A stretch of 64,000 nucleotides of DNA. It comes from Nitrospirota bacterium (GTDB lineage Bacteria; Nitrospirota; Thermodesulfovibrionia; Thermodesulfovibrionales; JdFR-86). Under the pieces are notes generated by a model. That model was not told the DNA's origin and did no database searches. It saw only the letters and a program-made list of their open reading frames with translations. Of this stretch, positions 59,701 to 64,000 are shown piece after piece. The position numbers and the translations under genes are program-made. The first letter of the stretch is position 1. Every line of letters starts with the position of its first letter. The stretch is from contig CAVRJY010000006.1 of NCBI GenBank assembly GCA_963721805.1, forward strand, positions 1-64,000. The letters are read 5' to 3'.

Positions 59701-60492
59701 TCCCATTAAAAGTGGCCAGGTTGCCCTCAATGAACTCCCTGATCTCGGAGCAGGCGCCATAGAGGTCATTAAGGCGGTGCTTTATGACCTCCTTCTCCCG
59801 GGCCCTTTCCACAAGCTTCTCCGCGTCGGTATCGGTATAAGGGGGCAGGTTGCTCAGGACGGTGGTTATGCTCAGAAGCTCTATCAGATGCGGGCTGTCG
59901 GCCGGGAGGGGGAGGGCATCGAGGCGGTGGCTAATAATATGAATATAGGTATCCGGCATGACAGGGAGCTTGTGTTCGTGATAGCACACAAAAAATGCCC
60001 CCCGCTTAAACGCGAGCGCGAGTTCACCGTCTTCGAGCACCCTGCCGTATTGCGCACCGAGTATGGGGAGGAGCACCTTGTTTTTGAGCTCGCGCTTGAC
60101 CGGCTCCCAGTTTATATCAAAGAACTTCGCATAGAGCGAGGCCGGACCGTTTTCCAGAACATCCATCCACCATGGGTTTTCCGTTCCGATCCCCATATGG
60201 TTGGGAACTATATCCATCAGTTGCCCCATGTCGCGAGTTTTCAGCTCAACCGCCATTGCATCGAATTCTTCCTCGCTGCCGATTTCAGGGTTGAGCCTCC
60301 CGGGCTCGACGATATCGTACCCGTGAGGGCTTCCGTGCCTGGCCTTCAGATAGGGCGATGCGTAGATGTCCGTTATGCCGAGTTCATCGAGATAGGGGAT
60401 GACCTGCCTCGCGGCGGCGAACCCGAAACCTCCGTTGAACTGGAGCCGGTAGGTAGAGACCGGTATCCTCGGTGCGGGATATGATTCTTGGT

Positions 60493-62382
60493 TCATCGCG
60501 AGCCCCCACGGGCTTTCCTGTATAGCACAAAGCCGTGCGGAAGGCCCTTAAGCATGATGCCGTGAGCGGTTGAGCTTAAGGTCTGTGGGCTGCCGCACTC
60601 CGGGGAATCCAGGACCTTTACCCACTCCCCTGCCGGGATCGAAACCGATACCTCCACGGCAACGGCGCTGAAATTGTAGAGAAGGCAGACCTCATCCCCG
60701 GCTGTCCACCTTCTTACGAAAAGCGCCTTCTGTCCCTCAAAACCCTGCACCTGCATCTCACCCTTGGCGGGGTTTGAGAGCGCCGGGATGCCCTTCCGCA
60801 GCCTGATCAGCCGCTTATAGAAATGCAGGAGCTCCTTGTGGCGTCCCACAGAAGCAAGAGAGAGATCGAGCTTTGAGCTTAAAAACGCGGTCTCGGCCTG
60901 AGGGTCAGGCAGCTCGCCCTGCCATTTAAACGCCGAGAACTCCGCCATGCGACCGCCTCTTACTGCATTAACGAGGGCTTCGTCGCCGTGGCTTATAAAA
61001 TACTGAAACGGGGCTGTCTCTCCATATTCCTCTCCCATGAAGACAAGCGGTATGTATGGCGATAGCAAGACCGCGGCGGCCGCGAGTTGCTGTTGCCCGA
61101 TAGTCAGACGAGGCCGGTCCCCGAGTATGCGGTTGCCGACTTGATCGTGGTTCTGGCTGAAGACGATGAGCCTGTCGGCCGGGGCGTCCTTTGTGGAACT
61201 CCCATGCCTTCTTTTCCTGAACTTCGAGTATTCGCCTGAGTAGACGAAGCCCTCGGCCATGGTTTTTTCGAGCTGGCGCAGCTCCCCGAAGTCGACGTAG
61301 TACCCCGTGCTTTCCCCGGTCAGGAGGCTATGGAGCGCGTGGTGAAAATCGTCGTTCCACTGCGCGTCAAGCCCGTAGCCGCCAACCTGCGGCGGGTTAA
61401 TGAGCCTGACGTCATTGCGGTCGCTCTCCGCGATCACATGGACAACCCTGCCCAGGGCACAGCCTTGGGCATGCACCCGTGCCGCAAGCTCTTGCAAGAT
61501 GTGCGTCGCGCCGAAGTCGAATATCCCGTGCGTGGCGTCCAGCCTGAGGGCATCCAGATGGAATTCCGTAATCCAGTAAAGGGCATTGCTTATGAAAAAC
61601 TTCCTCACCTCATCGCTCAAGGGTCCGTCAAAATTGACCGCATCCCCCCAGGGGGTCTTGTACCTGTCAGTGACATAAGGGCCGAAATGGCGGAGGCAGT
61701 TCCCCTCGGGCCCGAGATGGTTGTAGACGACGTCCAGTATGACCGCTATGCCGGAAACGTGGCATGCGTTTATAAACCTCTTCAGCCCTTCCGGGCCTCC
61801 GTACGTGTTCTGGGGGGCGAAGAGGAAGACTCCGTCATAACCCCAGTTCCTGCCCCCCGGGAACTGCGCGACAGGCATTAGCTCTACCGCTGTTATCCCG
61901 AGGTCCTTTAAGTAACCGATACGTTCCATGGCAGCATCGAATGTTCCGACAGGCGTGAACGTGCCTATATGGAGTTCGTATATTATGAATTCCCTTAATG
62001 GCAGCCCCTTCCAGTGCGCATCCTCCCAAACGAACCCATCAGGGTCAATGACCTCCGAAGGGCCGTGAACGCCTTCCGGCTGGCTGCGTGAGGCGGGGTC
62101 CGGGTACTGGCGTCCGTCATCGAAGAGGAAGCGGTAGCGCGCCCCAACCCTGAGCCCCCCGGCTATGCACGAGAAATAGCCAGCCTCGTCCTTATGAAGC
62201 TGAAATTCCTCGCCGGAAATGGATTTTACCGAGAGGCGTTCAGCCCCCGGCGCCCATACCCTGAAGCGCACCCCCCCGGCAGCCATGGGTCTCGCGCCAA
62301 TCTCCATCCGCCAGCGCGAGACTTCAGGCATCAGCCCTATGCATGGGTTTGGCGCAATTGCATGGCTGAGGGACGGCGTCAT
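60493..62382 (-). CDS. treZ: Malto-oligosyltrehalose trehalohydrolase (GH13)
   Basis: FRVWAP, YELHIGTF, NWGYDG, LRLDATH, QNHDQVGNR. Confidence 0.93.
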   Translation of the reverse strand: MTPSLSHAIAPNPCIGLMPEVSRWRMEIGARPMAAGGVRFRVWAPGAERLSVKSISGEEFQLHKDEAGYFSCIAGGLRVGARYRFLFDDGRQYPDPASRSQPEGVHGPSEVIDPDGFVWEDAHWKGLPLREFIIYELHIGTFTPVGTFDAAMERIGYLKDLGITAVELMPVAQFPGGRNWGYDGVFLFAPQNTYGGPEGLKRFINACHVSGIAVILDVVYNHLGPEGNCLRHFGPYVTDRYKTPWGDAVNFDGPLSDEVRKFFISNALYWITEFHLDALRLDATHGIFDFGATHILQELAARVHAQGCALGRVVHVIAESDRNDVRLINPPQVGGYGLDAQWNDDFHHALHSLLTGESTGYYVDFGELRQLEKTMAEGFVYSGEYSKFRKRRHGSSTKDAPADRLIVFSQNHDQVGNRILGDRPRLTIGQQQLAAAAVLLSPYIPLVFMGEEYGETAPFQYFISHGDEALVNAVRGGRMAEFSAFKWQGELPDPQAETAFLSSKLDLSLASVGRHKELLHFYKRLIRLRKGIPALSNPAKGEMQVQGFEGQKALFVRRWTAGDEVCLLYNFSAVAVEVSVSIPAGEWVKVLDSPECGSPQTLSSTAHGIMLKGLPHGFVLYRKARGGSR

Positions 62383-63590
62383 ATCTCAATGAAGTTCTTG
62401 CCCTTGTTTTCAAGCGCATACCATACCGAGAGGTAGTCCCTTATCTGGCGGGTAAGCAGGAAGTTGTTCCGCACGTGTTCCCGGCCATGCTCGCCCATCC
62501 GCTTGGACATATCGGGATTGTTGAGCAATTGCCTGATCCGAAACGCTGCACCCTCGACTGAATGCACGAGGAACCCCGTCATCCCGTGCACGATCTGAAG
62601 AGGTATCCCGCCGACCGCGCCGCCGATGACCGGCTTGCCCTTCCACATCGCCTCCGACACGGTCAGGCCAAACCCCTCCTTCAGGGATTTCTGGAGCACT
62701 ACGTCCGCGGCGCGCTGCAGGGCGTTTATGTGCAGGTCGCTGAAAGCCGGAAGGAGCAGGACGTGAATGTCCGGATCGCCCTCGGCGTATTCCCTGACCT
62801 CGTTGAGTATTGCCTCTCCCTCCGGGTCGTCGGTCGCAGGGCTGCCGGCAAGAACCAAGATGCAGTCATTGTACTTCCTGGCTGACCGGTACGACTTTAT
62901 TACGCCCAGCGGGTCTTTGAACCTGTCAAACCTCGAAACTTGCAGCACGATCGGCCTGTCGGCCGGGATATTGAATGCCTCGAGCGTTGAGCTTATCTCG
63001 GCGGCTGATAACTCCCTGTTTTTTTCACTTATAGGGTCTATTGAAGGGGGGATGATGAATTCGTCTATGCCCATGGCCATCGCGAATTTGGCCACCGAGA
63101 ATATAGCGGCATCGTATTTATGACAATAGCGAGCAAGACGCTCGGCTACGTCTTTCATCGGGCTAGAAAGGTCTATGTGGCACCGCCATAGCCAGTGCCC
63201 GCGTTTTCTGAACTCGACGAGGGCAGCTGGCTGGGGGTCGTGTATCAGGACTGCGTCCGCATCGAGGTTCAGCATTTCCGCATTGCGTTTATTGATCTCG
63301 TAGTGGTGAGCCCACATCTCCTCGGTGAAGCTCTCGGCGTTGCCCTGAAGCGCGTTATGGATCTTCTTTGTCATTTCGAAGAACCTGTCGTCGCCCTCTA
63401 TGACCTCCCATCTGGCGTTTATGCCTAGCGAGCCCAGAATGGGGATCATCCGCTGGAGGATCTCCGCGACCCCACCCCCTGAACGGGTCGAGTTCACATG
63501 GAGAAATGACCTGTCCTTAAGGGTCTCGCCGAGCCGCTGGATGAGGATTAGGTCACCCCTCGGGGCTATGCCGGAATAATTGGCGATCAC
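62379..63590 (-). CDS. treT: Trehalose glycosyltransferring synthase (GT4)
   Basis: HVNSTRSGGGVAEIL, IHDPQP, WRCHID, SRFDRFKDP, EGFGLTVSEAMWK. Confidence 0.88.
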   Translation of the reverse strand: MIANYSGIAPRGDLILIQRLGETLKDRSFLHVNSTRSGGGVAEILQRMIPILGSLGINARWEVIEGDDRFFEMTKKIHNALQGNAESFTEEMWAHHYEINKRNAEMLNLDADAVLIHDPQPAALVEFRKRGHWLWRCHIDLSSPMKDVAERLARYCHKYDAAIFSVAKFAMAMGIDEFIIPPSIDPISEKNRELSAAEISSTLEAFNIPADRPIVLQVSRFDRFKDPLGVIKSYRSARKYNDCILVLAGSPATDDPEGEAILNEVREYAEGDPDIHVLLLPAFSDLHINALQRAADVVLQKSLKEGFGLTVSEAMWKGKPVIGGAVGGIPLQIVHGMTGFLVHSVEGAAFRIRQLLNNPDMSKRMGEHGREHVRNNFLLTRQIRDYLSVWYALENKGKNFIEI

Positions 63591-64000
63591 TTTGTCGAGA
63601 TCCCTTCCATGGCAGTTCTGACCTCATGTTCGACCGCCTCGGCTATATGCTCCCTAATGCCCTCGATGGAGTGCATGAAGGGGTCTATCGCCTTAATCGC
63701 TTCGGCAAGCTCCTTATTCCCGATGGCATCGAACCACATCGAGAAATCGTCCATCCCGAGGCGCACCCTCGACTCGTAGAAGTGATAATATATGGACGCC
63801 GAATCCACGTACCGAACCGCTATGAGGAACTCCGCGAGGTTCCTGGCCCTTACCCCTATTGGAAAGGTTATGGTCACGGTCTCGCTAAAGAAGAACTCGT
63901 CACCCGGCATAACATCCCTGGGCGCGGGGAATTCTTTGAGGTAGCGGTCTATCACGCTTAGGAGTTCGAGCCTGAGGCCGCTTATGCCCTTGAAGTCAAA
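63587..64000 (-). CDS. DUF5752-like protein (5' end outside the window)
   Basis: Frame open to window end; SIYYHFYESRVRL..DDFSMW motif; family commonly upstream of treT (recalled). Confidence 0.7.
   Translation of the reverse strand, partial: FDFKGISGLRLELLSVIDRYLKEFPAPRDVMPGDEFFFSETVTITFPIGVRARNLAEFLIAVRYVDSASIYYHFYESRVRLGMDDFSMWFDAIGNKELAEAIKAIDPFMHSIEGIREHIAEAVEHEVRTAMEGISTK

Larger units (their letters stand above)
56487..60496 (-). pseudogene. treY: Malto-oligosyltrehalose synthase interrupted by IS30
   Basis: STYRLQF, DIVPNHM (5' part); INYRRFFDV, RVDHPDG, THDSKRSED, LVDPDNRRP (3' part); removing IS and one TSD restores a 2913-nt frame. Confidence 0.93.

Noticed and set aside
1..64000. 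tRNA, rRNA, prophage genes
   Set aside because: None recognised by eye; tRNAscan-SE and Infernal were not run

Overview
Bacterial chromosomal window, mostly GC-rich. Gene content (futalosine mqnA, ppdK, PyrR-controlled pyr operon, sigma54 regulators, Geobacter-OmpB-like multicopper oxidase) suggests an anaerobic Nitrospirota/Desulfobacterota-like organism; this is inference. Housekeeping genes: fabG, a P-type ATPase, scpB, thrS-infC-rpmI (no rplT after it), argB, ppdK, rnj, mqnA, pyrR-pyrB-pyrC-carA-X-carB, htpG. Accessory or unusual parts: (1) 3.45-7.37 kb, an AT-rich P-loop ATPase gene plus an IS481-family element, bracketed by three diverged copies of a ~125-bp covarying hairpin repeat, with the IS inserted in a 14-bp-period palindrome array; (2) an orphan sigma54 promoter that appears to drive a ~150-nt sRNA at 16.74-16.89 kb; (3) two HisKA_2 kinases without response regulators, one behind a PstS-like protein and one behind YeeE-TusA; (4) a SCO / cytochrome c-binding-protein fusion / sigma54 activator / two secreted multicopper oxidases / FKBP cluster at 42.3-55.0 kb; (5) a decaying glycogen-trehalose locus (glgA::GH57 deletion pseudogene, treY split by IS30). 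Many genes look leaderless. ppdK carries about 14 single-base insertions, probably assembly artefacts. All family calls are from motif recognition by eye; no searches were run.
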